A DNA stretch of 63,042 bases, the filler included, from Welwitschia mirabilis (taxonomy: Eukaryota): the NCBI GenBank assembly GCA_051453625.1. It is 6 parts of one record of this genome, joined end to end, with 100 filler letters (N's around TTAATTAATTAA, not from the genome) between each part and the next. Parts side by side here need not be neighbours in the genome. Positions count along the whole stretch, not along the records: positions 46,781 to 55,515 come from JBOZIK010000001.1; positions 55,616 to 61,144 come from JBOZIK010000001.1; positions 61,245 to 63,042 come from JBOZIK010000001.1; 3 more parts are not named here. The stretch is one strand, 5' to 3'. The notes below the pieces were generated by a model that made no database searches, was not told the DNA's origin, and saw only the letters and a list, made by a program, of their open reading frames with translations. The translations under genes were made by a program, and so were the position numbers. This document shows, in pieces, positions 51,231 to 63,042 of the stretch; the stretch's first letter is position 1, and every line of letters starts with the position of its first letter.

Positions 51231-51763
51231 TAGTTCATCATGCATAAATGAGAAAAGTAATTTTTCACTATATTTTGTATCTTCCCTTTTATACCTTTTA
51301 TACTAAAAACTCTCTTCTGATATTATAGAGATATATTATTTTTCTAGCATGGTCTACTCATTTCTTTCTAATTTTACATGATTATTTTTTGATTTTTATG
51401 ATGAGGATTTATTTATTCATAGGTAAATCTTTCATTCTTAACTATTTATTTTAGTGGGGGCTATTTATCATATTTAACTAATTATTTGTATAGGTTCCAA
51501 ATTTCAAAGCTTTTCTCTAAGCCTATCATTTCCTCCATTATCTAGAGGACAACACAAATAACTGACTTCTAAGCTTACACAGGTATTTTGTTTAGTGTTT
51601 TTAATCTTTTAAAATTCAGTTTTCTATCTCTTAAATATTCTGTAAATCTTTCTGAGATAATTTATTTAGGTATTCTAGTTGTTTTAATATCCAATAAGTT
51701 GGCTCATAAATGTGATTTACCACTGACATTTATTGGGAATTGACAAGGCTAAGTGGAGGGCTA

Positions 51764-53032
51764 TGTTACACTGCCAACTTACACATATTTAATAGGATAT
51801 TCCAAGTTGTTTTATAGGTAAATAGATAGGTAAATGCTTGGTTTTCATGATAATTGAGAGATAGAATAAAAATGATGAAAATATGCAATCTTCAAAATAA
51901 TTCACAAGAATTCTAAACAAATATGAACACTTTGTATTTCTAAAGATAATTTCCTACCAACATTGAGGCTAATGCAATGACTAAACAATTACTAAAGGCC
52001 ATCATCCACCTCATCATCTAGATGACTGTACAGATGATCATGCAAGCTGGATACTAATTGAAATCTAACTAGTAGCTAATATGGAATAATTATAAAATGG
52101 CATCATCACCTCTATCATCCGAATGATCAATGGAATAATACTATTATAATGTTTGTACTAAAAATTCACCAAGATTTTACCACTTGTATTTTCATTTTCT
52201 TTTTGTATGATCCTTACAGTTTACCTATATTTTTCTATCTTTGTTGTTATGTATCTTTAGTTAATAAATAAAGATGTTTTCCTTAACTTGTAGTGGTCTT
52301 CGTTTGCACTCAAAATTCTCATGACAAGAGATAGAAGGGCTAGAGATCCATCTTGTAGTTCTAGAGAGATATTTCCTTGGTATTAGGTGATGTTTCCTCT
52401 ATTAAGATGCAGCTATTTTATACCATAGATGCATTTCGAATCCTAATACAAAACATTTCTTTTTTATGCTTTAATGTGTGAATGTTTCTCTCCCTCATAG
52501 CTTAAGTTGCTTGAGATTTAGTGACAATATCTCTTGTGATATAGGTTATGAGGGTAACCTTTATCAAGGTTAAGCTTGATTAATTTAAGTTAAGTGNNNN
52601 NNNNNNNNNNNNNNNNNNNNNNNNNNNNNNNNNNNNNNNNNNNNNNNNNNNNNNNNNNNNNNNNNNNNNNNNNNNNNNNNNNNNNNNNNNNNNNNNAGTG
52701 ACAGTATCTCTTGTGATATAGGTTATGAGGGTAACCTTTATCAAGGTTAAGCTTGATTAATTTAAGTTCAGTGCATTACTGTTTCTTTTTGCTAGATTAT
52801 CTTTACACAAGTGTGCTTTTCTTTTCTTTCATACATTGTAAGCGATTTTTGTAGATTAGAATACAAGAATTTCTCTTTTGAAAGATACTCTCTTATTTCT
52901 ACTTTGGCCTTGATAGATTATGATATTTGGATCAACTCCCATCTATATTAGTGTTGTATTTGTACAATTATTATTTGTGATTAATAAGATTCTACTTAGG
53001 ATGTAAACATTGCATAAATATGCACTGCAACA
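51764..53032 (+). repeat. Complete 3' LTR of element E
   Basis: Termini TGTTACACTGC...GCACTGCAACA form an imperfect 11-bp inverted repeat (TG..CA) directly after the PPT. Confidence 0.85.
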
Positions 53033-53119
53033 AGATTCCAATCCTTGTGTCTTAAGAATCAATCCTTATAATTTAGATTAATTAGAAAGAGTTTATAACT
53101 TATTCCTAACTAACATACA

Positions 53120-55515
53120 CTATAAGATATGCCACACAGAATATGAATAATGCAAATATGGAAATGAAACGAAATAGAATGCAATTCAAAATCTAAACTA
53201 ATAAAGACACCCTTAACATAGGTTACCTTTATGATCTAAATAAACTATAAAGTTGTTACCAAACTATAATTAACTTAAACCATAAGGGACATTTACACAA
53301 AAGGAGTGAAAAGGGTTCTTAAATTAATTATTAATTTAACATCCACTTATAATAAAGTAGTAGCATCTAAATGGAGGATATTCAGTCCAAAACTAAAGTA
53401 AACTTATTTTTGTAGCTACTAGATGGGCCTCTTATTCTTTAATCTTCCATCGCAAGAATATTTGGTACAAAAGATAAAAAATAGAAGTGAAGAAAAGGGA
53501 GGGTATTTATAGTTTTACATTAAATATCTAGAAACTCAACTCTAAGAATTGGAGAAGAAACCCTAGCAACCCATATGGGTCACATGACCCCATTAAAAAT
53601 ATAAGCCTTTTCATCCATATAAAAATAGGTATCATATTAAGTATCATGAAGATGATAATAGGGATAATACTCCATGGCAAAAGGTGATCCATTAGCTTTA
53701 GGCCCCATAGTCAACTATGCAGATTTGATCCATATCAGTAGTGCTATCATCCTATCTATCGTGAGGATAACATAGGGGATGACAAAACTCTCTATCTTCT
53801 AGTTTAAAGGGAAATAAGTCTTCTACATAGGTAATCTGTTATTTAAGAAATGAAGTATTAAAATAAGCTTGAAATACCTCCAATATGCTAAGAATTGCAT
53901 GTTTCAGTGAATATCCTATTGATTCTTTATAATTATTAAAATTGCATCCAAACCTATATAAATGTCTTATAAAAATACTCAAAATACACCATCCAATTCC
54001 TATAAATTAGCATCACAACATAGCCCTTACATAGCCTTGTTAGTCCTTGATAAAGTAAGTGATTAAGCAAATCAATTTAACTAAGAAAACTAGCAACTAA
54101 AAAAATGTAATTTTGAGTTTAATTTTTACTATGTAAGAATAGACATTAAAAACCAATTAACTAATATATTTATAAGCCCCCTACTTAAACACATTATAAT
54201 AAAACAAATAAATATCACACATATAAAAATCATAAAATTTAATGATGATAGCTTAGAAAATAATTATGTGTATGCATAATTCAGGATAGTGATACTAAAA
54301 CTGATGTGTAAAACTAAGTAGTAATAACTCAAGAAAAAAATGATGCATGCAAGTTTATTAATGTATTTTACAAAGGAAGAAGTATAAAGAGTAATCATAA
54401 CATTCTTTTTCCTTATTCAAGACATTTAGATATTCTAAAACGTAGCTTTAGAAAAACTCTATGAGTGTGCTACTATGCTTTTATTAGATAAAGTTCATAA
54501 AATTTTATTCAAGTAACATGAATTCATATCAAAACAAGTCATCATAAATATGTATCATGAAAGCTTAAAAAATGAACATTTTAAATTTTAAAATTTTGTC
54601 AATGTATTTCAAAAAGCTCAAAAATATGTTCTGCTCCATCATTCCCCCAACAAGTATAATAATACATACCGAATTACAACAGAGTGAAAAGGATGATTGT
54701 CATCCTGTCTATTATGAAAATGAAAAATGTGGTACAAAACTAATCAAATGAGATGTTGGAAAAGATAGAAAAAAATAGAAAAAGTCTAAAATTAATCAAG
54801 CACTAGAAAAACAATAAAATATCAAGAAGAAGTTAAAAAGTAAAGAATTATCCTAAAAAACATAATCTATGATGAAAAGAGACTTATGAAAAAAAGGATA
54901 TTAAAGAGAAAAGAATGCAATAAGTAGAAGGAAGCAATTCTTAGAAGAATTCCTCATATGTACTCAAACTCAATAAGCATGAAAAAGTAAGAATTTAAAC
55001 TCAAAAGTATTATTATCACCTATCAAAAAAGAGAAACAACAATTCACATGAATAGAAGCTATGAGTAAAATTAATAAGAAACTACTAAATGGTNNNNNNN
55101 NNNNNNNNNNNNNNNNNNNNNNNNNNNNNNNNNNNACCATTTAAATAGGTAATGATTATTATGATTTAAAGTATGTTTAATGTTATTAAACAATAAATGA
55201 TAAAATAAAAAGATATTAAAACATGAACTAACTAGCTCATATATTAAAACAACACTAGATTATAAAAAAGTATAATGATCATGTAGAAGTACTAAATGTA
55301 AAAGGAGTCTATAAAATAAGCAATTCTTCTGATGAAACTAGGGGCATCACAAATCCCCTAGCCTCTAAGTAACAATTTATTCTATCATGATGTGGGAAGT
55401 GCAACCACTATCAAAGGAGTAACAACCCATATAACATGGCCAACTAATCCCCTAGTGGAGTTCCCATAGCTATCATATCACACTGCTAAAGGCTCCTCTT
55501 AGGAAAATTTTCCCC
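53120..55515 (-). mobile_element. Element F: Athila-like 3' LTR (about 53120-54020), PPT and 3' internal region without ORF2
   Basis: The junction catcacaaca|tagcccttacatagcc is at 54020. It is homologous to element A 15-2000, and the conserved block is at 55386-55515. Confidence 0.8.
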
Positions 55516-55615
55516 NNNNNNNNNNNNNNNNNNNNNNNNNNNNNNNNNNNNNNNNNNNNTTAATTAATTAANNNNNNNNNNNNNNNNNNNNNNNNNNNNN
55601 NNNNNNNNNNNNNNN
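55516..55615. other. Artificial scaffold-joining spacer N44-TTAATTAATTAA-N44
   Basis: The 12-mer at 55560-55571 has 44 N on each side. Confidence 0.97.
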
Positions 55616-58293
55616 TTTCTTTCTCCATTTCACACTTTTTCCTTTAGTGTATAAAAAAGATAGAACCTTAACTTAATTTCATTATGTTTTAGCCCTATCT
55701 AGCTCTCAGATCTAGTGATTTTCTCTCAAGATCCAGAGCTCTTACTTCTAAATCCAGTGTTTTTCTTAGTTCTTTTACTAGCAAGGGTCTTAGAATGGCT
55801 GAGAGTCTTCTACGAGAAGAACAAATGAGGCTCCTTCAAGGAAACCATTCTACTTCTACTAAAGAGTATTAGAAGAAGATGTTGAGAAGTTCACTGATAA
55901 GTTTGAAAAGAAGGTTGTGTACTAGGAATTCTTTATACCTACATCAAAGCTCAAAGAACTCAAGGAAGTCATCTAACTCTTGAGAAATCAAGATTTTGAT
56001 TATTTCTTGGATGTTTCAGGTTCAGCTTATCCATGTCTTACTAGGATGTTTTACTATAATGCCTCTTTTAATCGTGATTCTAAGAATCTTAAAATTCTTG
56101 TTCTAGGTAAGAGGATAAGAGTGATAGTAAATCTTATCTCTGAGCTAACCAATCTTTGAAGGAAAGACTATGAGGAGTTTTGACCTCTTAGCAACACCAT
56201 GGAAGACAAGCCTACAGTTATTAGGGAGCTTTGTGGTAGGGTGCATTCGTGGAAGCACAATTTATTTACCTCTTTGTTGACTCCTAAATATCATTTTATT
56301 CATTTACTGTTTACTTATAACTTTCTACCTTTAGCTGGCCATTGTGATGAGGCCTCTTACTATTAAGCCTATTTGATTATTTGATAAGAATTAAGCATTC
56401 CATTGATGCTCTTATCATAATACTGAAGAATATGACCTCATAGCTAGAATACCACAAAACTAGGACTTTACCCTACTTTGTGCTTATCACTAGTATTTAT
56501 CATCATTTTCATATTAACTTTCATCTTAAGTTGAAAAATCTTTAGTCTATATCATCCATTGGGTGTGCAACTTTATCTCGCATGCATATCTTTGCCTCAT
56601 CAAAGAAATCTCCTACTGCTCCTCTAAAGGAAGCATCTCCTAATGAGACTCTTTCATGTCTGAGGCAGATTGACACCTGCAACAAACACATGAAAGAAGT
56701 CATTCTTATAGCTAAATATGACATTATGGATACCTCAGTTGAGGCTACTAGTTCTGCTCGCATTAGAGGAGATGACGAAGAATCAGAGGCAGACTTTGAA
56801 GAGGAAGAAGAAGAAGGAGAGAAGGAGCCTAATTAAAATCTTTTATTTTTCAAATTATATTTGGTGATTCTTTTCTTTACCTTTAGTGTCAAAAAAGGGA
56901 GATTTAGTTATACTTGTTTGTTAAATCTCAATTATATACTCTTGATGAGGACTTAGTTTCTTTGTACTTCTTGCATGTTAGACTTGTAATGTTTTACTCA
57001 TAATGCAATTTAGTTATCTATCTTAGTACAATCTTGGTATCATTTGATATATCTCATTTGGTAGTATGATATTATATGTGCTTATTTAATAAAGCTTAAA
57101 TTATTATAACATTTAAAAATAAACTAAAATATTTATGTTATCTAATTAAATAAGTTTCTTTGATCACATTATAATTATCTTTGTGCCTTCTGAATTTCTA
57201 AATTATAAATAATTAAATTAGTTACATTTAAAATCACAAACTATTATTTGTTTAAAATACCTTAACTTGTCTCAAACTTGGATTATTACTATGCAATAGT
57301 ATTAGGGGGAGAAAATTTGATATTTTTGGACACATATTTAAGGTTTATATTTCTTTACCATTAATGTTAAAAGGGGAGAAAATCTAGTATTTTCAAAGTA
57401 TTTTTTCAAACATATGTAGTGTTTTATTAAAGGGGGAGAAAATGGTTTGTTTTTAGAAATATTTTACTCTTTACTTAATATTGTTTATATGGCGTTGTAA
57501 AAGGGGAAGTTTTTTATTTTGCCTCAAATTTGTTTGGTAAAAGAGCTTAAATTTGTTTGATTTTGAAATCACTTATTTCTTTGCTATCAATGTCAAAGGG
57601 AAAGATTGTTGGATTATATATTACCAATTGATGTCAAACTAATATCTTTTATATAGAAAATGTTATATGTCTTATGCAAAAGAGTTTAAGATTTTTGCAA
57701 GTTAAAAGATGGAATAAAATATGGACTAGAAATCTATCTAGTTAGTTCATCCTCTAGAGGGATTAACTGAATATCTTAAAGGGGTTAACCGCACCTGAAG
57801 CTATCAAAAGAAAAATGAACTGAACCCATAGGTATCAATCAGATTCTACTAGAATTAATAGAATCTATAACTTAAAGAATCAGTGTCCCTAAACTAAATG
57901 ACAAGGGGTTGACCAGTCCAAGATGGAGTCAATCAGATTTGAGAACATGATAAACAGTATGTTTAGACTAAGAGACAAGTGGTCAACTAGACTCAGATGA
58001 GGTTGACTAGACATGGAAACATAAAAACTTAGGGTAGCTGAACTTCTCTCTTAGGTAACCTATGTAATTCATGGCACCACATGGAGTTGACCAGATTTTT
58101 GTGGGGTCAACTAGACAACACAGAAAAGAAATCTTTATAAATGTTATTTATTTATTTTCTATCCATTAGGTAGCTATTTTGTAGCTGTTTATAGCCATTA
58201 GAAGTACAATTCAATTGTAATAAACCCTAATAGACTTCCATTATAAATAGCTAAGATATAGATGACTAAAAAAACTTTTGGAACTATTCTCAT
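55616..58293 (+). mobile_element. Sirevirus (SIRE, Ty1/copia) 3' part, copy 1: extra ORF, multiple PPTs and 3' LTR from 57607
   Basis: AGGGGGAGA-like tracts occur near 56891, 57304, 57369, 57428 and 57499, with terminal gtcaaagggaaagat|TGTTGG. The LTR carries decayed GTCGAC-type repeats and tataaatag near 58243. Confidence 0.8.
55795..56836 (+). pseudogene. Sirevirus env-like/extra ORF with an acidic C-terminus, disrupted
   Basis: QDFDYFLDVSGSAYPCLTRMFYYNA, LVLGKRI, LPYFVLITSIYHHF and the tail GDDEESEADFEEEEEEGEKEPN (ORF 56582-56836). Confidence 0.7.
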
Positions 58294-58393
58294 NNNNNNN
58301 NNNNNNNNNNNNNNNNNNNNNNNNNNNNNNNNNNNNNNNNNNNNNNNNNNNNNNNNNNNNNNNNNNNNNNNNNNNNNNNNNNNNNNNNNNNNN

Positions 58394-60762
58394 AGTTACT
58401 GTTCATCCTAAGTTGAAAACCCTTCAGCTAATGTCACCCATGCATTGGGCATGTGACCTTGTCTCCCATGCATATCTTTGTCCCCTCTAAGAAATCTCCT
58501 ACTGCTACTTCTAAAGAAGCATCTCCTGATGAGACTATTTTATATCTGAAATAGATTGACTCCTATACTAGACACATAAAAGATGCCCTCATTGAAGCTA
58601 TATATGACATTGCAGATATCTTAATAGAGGCTACTAGTTCTACTTGCACTAAAGGAGATAAGGAAGAATCAGAGAAAGACTCTGAAGATGAAGAAGAAGA
58701 AGAAGAAGAGGAGGAGTCTAATCAAATTAATTTTACTTCAAATTATGTTTGGTGTTTTTTCCTTTTCCATTGGTATCAAAAAGAGGGAGAATTAGTTGTG
58801 TTTATTTTGTTAAATTTCAGTTGTATGCTCTTGATGAGCACTTTTTTCTTTATAATCCTTACATGTTATAATTATAATGTCTTACTCATAATGTAATTCA
58901 ATTATCTATTTTAGCACAATCTTTGTATCATTTAGTATATCTTATTTGGTAGTGTAATATCATATGTGCTTGTTTTGAAAAGCTTAAATCATTGTAAATT
59001 TTGAAAATAAACCAAAATATTTGTGTCATCTAGTTAAAGAAGTGTTCTTGATCACATTATAATTATCTTTGTGCCTTCTTAATTTCTAAATTATGCATAA
59101 TTAAATTAGTTACATTTAAAATACAAAATATTGTTTGTTTAAAATACCTTAACTTGTCTCAAACTTGGATTATTACTATGACATAGTATTAGGGGGAGAA
59201 AATTTGATATTTTTGGGCACATATTTAAGGTTTATATTTCTTTTTCATTGATGTCAAAGGAGGTTAAAATGTAGTGTTTTCAAACATAAGCATCAACTAA
59301 AAATGGTTTACTTCAAAAATATTTTTATCCTTTGTTTAATGTTATTTATATGGCTTTGTGAAAGAGGGAGTTCTTATTACGATAATATGCCTTAAATTTT
59401 TTAGTGAAGGAGATTAAATTTGTTTGATATTAAAATCACTTATTTTTTTATCATTAATATCAAAGGAGAAATTTATTGGATTATATTTTGTCAATTGATA
59501 TCAAACTAATGTCTCTTGTATAGAAAATGTTGTATATATTGNNNNNNNNNNNNNNNNNNNNNNNNNNNNNNNNNNNNNNNNNNNNNNNNNNNNNNNNNNN
59601 NNNNNNNNNNNNNACTTATTTAGTTAGTTTACCTTCAGGGGTCAACCCAATCCTAAAGGGAACGACCATACTTAAAGCTATCAAAGAAAAATAAACTACA
59701 TCTAGAGGGATCGACCAGATTCTAATGGGATTAACTGGACCTGTAACTTAGAGAATCAGTGTCTTCGAATCAAATGGCAAGGGTTTTATTAGATTTTCAT
59801 GGGTTAACTAGATTTGAGAATCTAATAGATACTATTCCTAAACTGAAAGATAAGGGATCGACCAGACCTAGGNNNTGATGGGACCTAAATGGGTTCGACT
59901 GGACATGGAGACATAAAAAACTTAGGATGATTAAATCTTTCTCTTGGAAAACCTGTGTAATTTACAACACCACATGGGGTTGACTAGATTTTCGTGGGGT
60001 CAACCAGACAGTGTGAAAAAGAATTTTTTTTAAACATTATGTATCCATTATTTAGCCATTGAATAGCCCTTTTCTAGCCATTTATAGTTGTTGGAGGCTC
60101 AATTCAAATGTACTAAATCCTAATAGCCTTTCATTATACATAGAAAAGCTATAGATGACTAAGGAATCTTTTGGAATTATTCTCATTCAGTTAAATCATT
60201 TGAATTTGAAAGATCAAGTTGTGTATTAACATTATTATATCTTAGCTTCTACAAATCTAACTAGAGGAGATCTATCATTAACACATGTACTTAATTCAAA
60301 GTTAGATCTAGAGCTACATTGGTGTATTACTATAGGAGGAGAGCTTCATCTATTACACTATTTTAGAATGATTGATATTTGTACTATTTAGACATCACCA
60401 CATCACTATCTCTTTTGCTAAAGCTTGAGACTAAGCCTTAAAAGGTCTATGTTAAAGGTTGAAACTAAGCCTTAAAAATCTTGTGATATAGATTAAGACT
60501 AAGCCTTAAAAAGTTCATTGTGAAGGTTGAGACTTAACCTAGAAAAGTCTACTTATAAAGCGTTACAGATGAATCAGGAATACCTAGTGGAGTAACAGAG
60601 ATCTAAGATCTAGCTTGGAAGAAGCTAATCATTGAAAGTAGAGTGGGTGATTTTCAAACCACTATAAATCTGGCTTGCATCAAATTAGTAGTTGTTTTTT
60701 ATTTTTGATTCTTTACTTTTAGTATTTTATCATATTGTGCACATCCTAAATAAATTTATTTT
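58394..60762 (+). mobile_element. Sirevirus 3' part, copy 2: ORF tail, multiple PPTs and 3' LTR from about 59474
   Basis: It is colinear with 56520-58293 but clearly diverged, and extends further into the LTR, including aaaccactataaat near 60656. Confidence 0.8.
60425..60549 (+). repeat. 34-bp tandem repeat (4 copies) inside the Sirevirus LTR
   Basis: ttgagactaagccttaaaa-like units start at 60425, 60459, 60493 and 60527. Confidence 0.85.
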
Positions 60763-61144
60763 NNNNNNNNNNNNNNNNNNNNNNNNNNNNNNNNNNNNNN
60801 NNNNNNNNNNNNNNNNNNNNNNNNNNNNNNNNNNNNNNNNNNNNNNNNNNATTCTATCAATAAGTTCATATTTTAACAACTTTTTATCTTATCATTCATT
60901 GTTAGATAACATTAGATATACTTGACATTGTCATAATCATTGCCTATTTGAGTGGAGATTTATGAATTTTTACATTATGTCATGCATCATTATCAAGTGA
61001 TTTTATGATTTCTCCCAAGGGAATTTTCTAGGTAAGAAACCTTTTTCATGTTCTTAGATGTCTATTTTTATTATGTTTTTTCTTTATTATTTTTCTTGAA
61101 ATTTTTAAAGTCATTATCATATCTTTTTCCACATAATAATTAGG

Positions 61145-61244
61145 NNNNNNNNNNNNNNNNNNNNNNNNNNNNNNNNNNNNNNNNNNNNTTAATTAATTAA
61201 NNNNNNNNNNNNNNNNNNNNNNNNNNNNNNNNNNNNNNNNNNNN
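61145..61244. other. Artificial scaffold-joining spacer N44-TTAATTAATTAA-N44
   Basis: The 12-mer at 61189-61200 has 44 N on each side. Confidence 0.97.
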
Positions 61245-63042
61245 ATTCTTGCATGAGAATGATCCACCTAATAAGTATGGTACTAGAGTATTTTTTAGTT
61301 ATAAGATAGCAGATGGGTACATGATCTATGTAAACATTAATGTAAAAGCCAAAAAAATAATATCGTAGATGCCCCCCCACCCCCTCCCTTCCCTATAACA
61401 GTGTTTCTTACATCACATATAAGTTCAAAATTTTTACTTAAATCAGGACCCATTATAATAGGTTTAGAAGAAATGTTTTCCTTGACAGTTTCAAAAGCAA
61501 ATTAACATAAATCATTCTAATCAAATTTAACATATTTTTCAAATAATGAATGGAGAGGTTTATAAATTCTAGTTAATCATGAATAAAATGTCAATAAAAA
61601 CTAGCATGATTAAGGAAAGATCTAACTTGTTTAACATTAGCTAGAGCGCTAAGGTTTTTAATGCTATCAACTTTTATGGGGTCCATCCTAATCCCTTCTT
61701 TAAAAATGTGATGTCTTAGGACAACTCCATGGTTAACAAGGAAGAAACTCTTTTCCCAATTCAAGTATAAGCCACTCTCAATACATCAATTTAAGACTTT
61801 CTCTAATATCTCTATGGTTTGTTTAAACGTATCACCAAATATGGAGAAGTCATCCATAAAGATTTTAATAGAATCTTTTATAATATCAAAAAATATCCCT
61901 ATCATGGCTTACTAAAAGATTCTAGAAGCATTAAAAAGTCCAAAGGGCATTCATCTAAAAGCACAGAATCTAAAGGATGAGGTGAAAGTGGTTTTATCCT
62001 GGTCTTTACTTGCTATAAAAATTTGATTATAGTTATTATACCCATAAAGAAAATAATAATAGGCATAACCTTGGAGTCTATCAAGTACTTGATCAAGAAA
62101 GGGTAAAGGGAGATGATCCTTTTTATTGACCTCATTAAGTTTTTCAAAATTGATACACATTCTCCATTTTCCTCCCTTCTTTGGAACTACTATTAAAGGC
62201 CTAATCCACTCACTATCGGATATGGCATATATGATTCCATCATCTATAAGCTTAGTGATTTCAGCTTTAATGATTTGTTTAAGGTCTAGATTGAGTCTTC
62301 ATTGAGTTACCTAATAGGTTTAGCATTATTTTCAAGATAAATTTTATGTTGAACTATGAAAATAGGAATAAGTCTTTATGTGTCTAAGAAAAGGCATTAT
62401 TTTTAAGTTAAGAATGAGATCAAGTTTGATTCCTATTGAGGAGTGAAAAGATCACTAAGTATTAAAGGTTTTATTTAATTTTCAAATAGAAAAATATATT
62501 TTAATTCTTGGGATAATTTCTTAAATTTAAAGCTAATATTTGATCTATTGTCTTATCTATTGCGGGCATAACAGACATGGGATGACACTTTGTAAAACAT
62601 TTTTCTACCATAAAAATGTTGAGTTTCTTCTCAATCATTGTGTTCTTCATCCTCAGACTCAAGACAGTGTGTTTTAGTGGGATCATCATATAAAGTTGGT
62701 TTATGTAGCATGATTAATCTCTTCTCAATTAATCAATGTTATAAAAATAAGGTTGGTTTTAGTTCTTCTTCAAGATTAAACTTAATTCTTATTTCCTTTT
62801 TAGTAGCATTAAAAACTCTAATGGTAATTTTTCTATTGCCAAAATGATATCTTATCATACTAGATCATGTGTCAATGATACAATGGTCAGTTGCACAAAA
62901 GTATCTTCTTAAAAGAAGTGGATAACCTCCATCATATTTTATCTCACTGATGACAACATCTATGTGTTAAACATATTCCTTAGTTTGGATAAATAAGTCC
63001 TTACTAATTTCTAATTGTTTCCTGGTTAAGGTATTAGTCAAT
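61245..63042 (-). pseudogene. pol: Element G: Athila-like pol pseudogene (PR end, RT, RNase H)
   Basis: GIIYAISDSEWIRPLIVVPKKGGKWRMCINFEKLNEVNKKDHLPLPFLDQVLDRL, MPFGLFNA, IFMDDFSIFG and FELICDV. Confidence 0.92.

Larger units (their letters stand above)
46781..53032 (+). mobile_element. Element E: 3' half of a pol-bearing Athila-like element (RH, INT, conserved block, env-like ORF2, PPT, 3' LTR)
   Basis: Components are in the expected order. The PPT aaggctaagtggaggg is at 51745-51760 and the LTR at 51764-53032. Confidence 0.8.

Noticed and set aside
56582-56836. Small acidic host protein
   Set aside because: It is the C-terminal remnant of the Sirevirus extra ORF, and the paralog at 58450-58725 is disrupted.
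60425-60549. CRISPR-like repeat-spacer array
   Set aside because: The context is a eukaryotic LTR, the variable parts are only about 15 bp and resemble each other, and there are no cas genes.
1-63042. Assignment of a host species or a prokaryotic/viral system
   Set aside because: The Athila, SIRE and CRM content indicates a plant, but nothing diagnostic of species is visible. There are no operon-like or phage features.

Overview
This is very AT-rich, CpG-depleted plant-type heterochromatic DNA from a gappy draft assembly. It is not one contiguous locus: five identical 100-bp artificial spacers (N44-TTAATTAATTAA-N44) join six separate scaffolds (1-15292, 15393-43398, 43499-46680, 46781-55515, 55616-61144, 61245-63042). 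I found no intact host gene, RNA gene or CRISPR array. Almost all readable sequence is decayed, nested LTR retrotransposons: many Athila-like Ty3/gypsy elements (decayed tRNA-Asp PBS, gag, protease, RT with FMDDFS, RNase H, integrase, env-like ORF2), Sirevirus-type and other Ty1/copia remnants, and a CRM-like RNase H fragment. Most ORFs in the supplied track only span N gaps. The best leads are: (1) a 155-nt, locally GC-rich non-coding block with nested complementary segments, kept in four Athila-like elements including pol-less ones, which is a candidate cis-acting structured RNA; (2) a set of non-autonomous gag or gag+protease Athila derivatives sharing a tract where pol should be; (3) Athila-type RTs lacking the usual insertion after PKKGG; (4) similar extra ORFs in a gypsy and a copia element. 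I cannot claim a new biological system from sequence alone. All alignments, translations outside the ORF track and identity estimates were made by eye.
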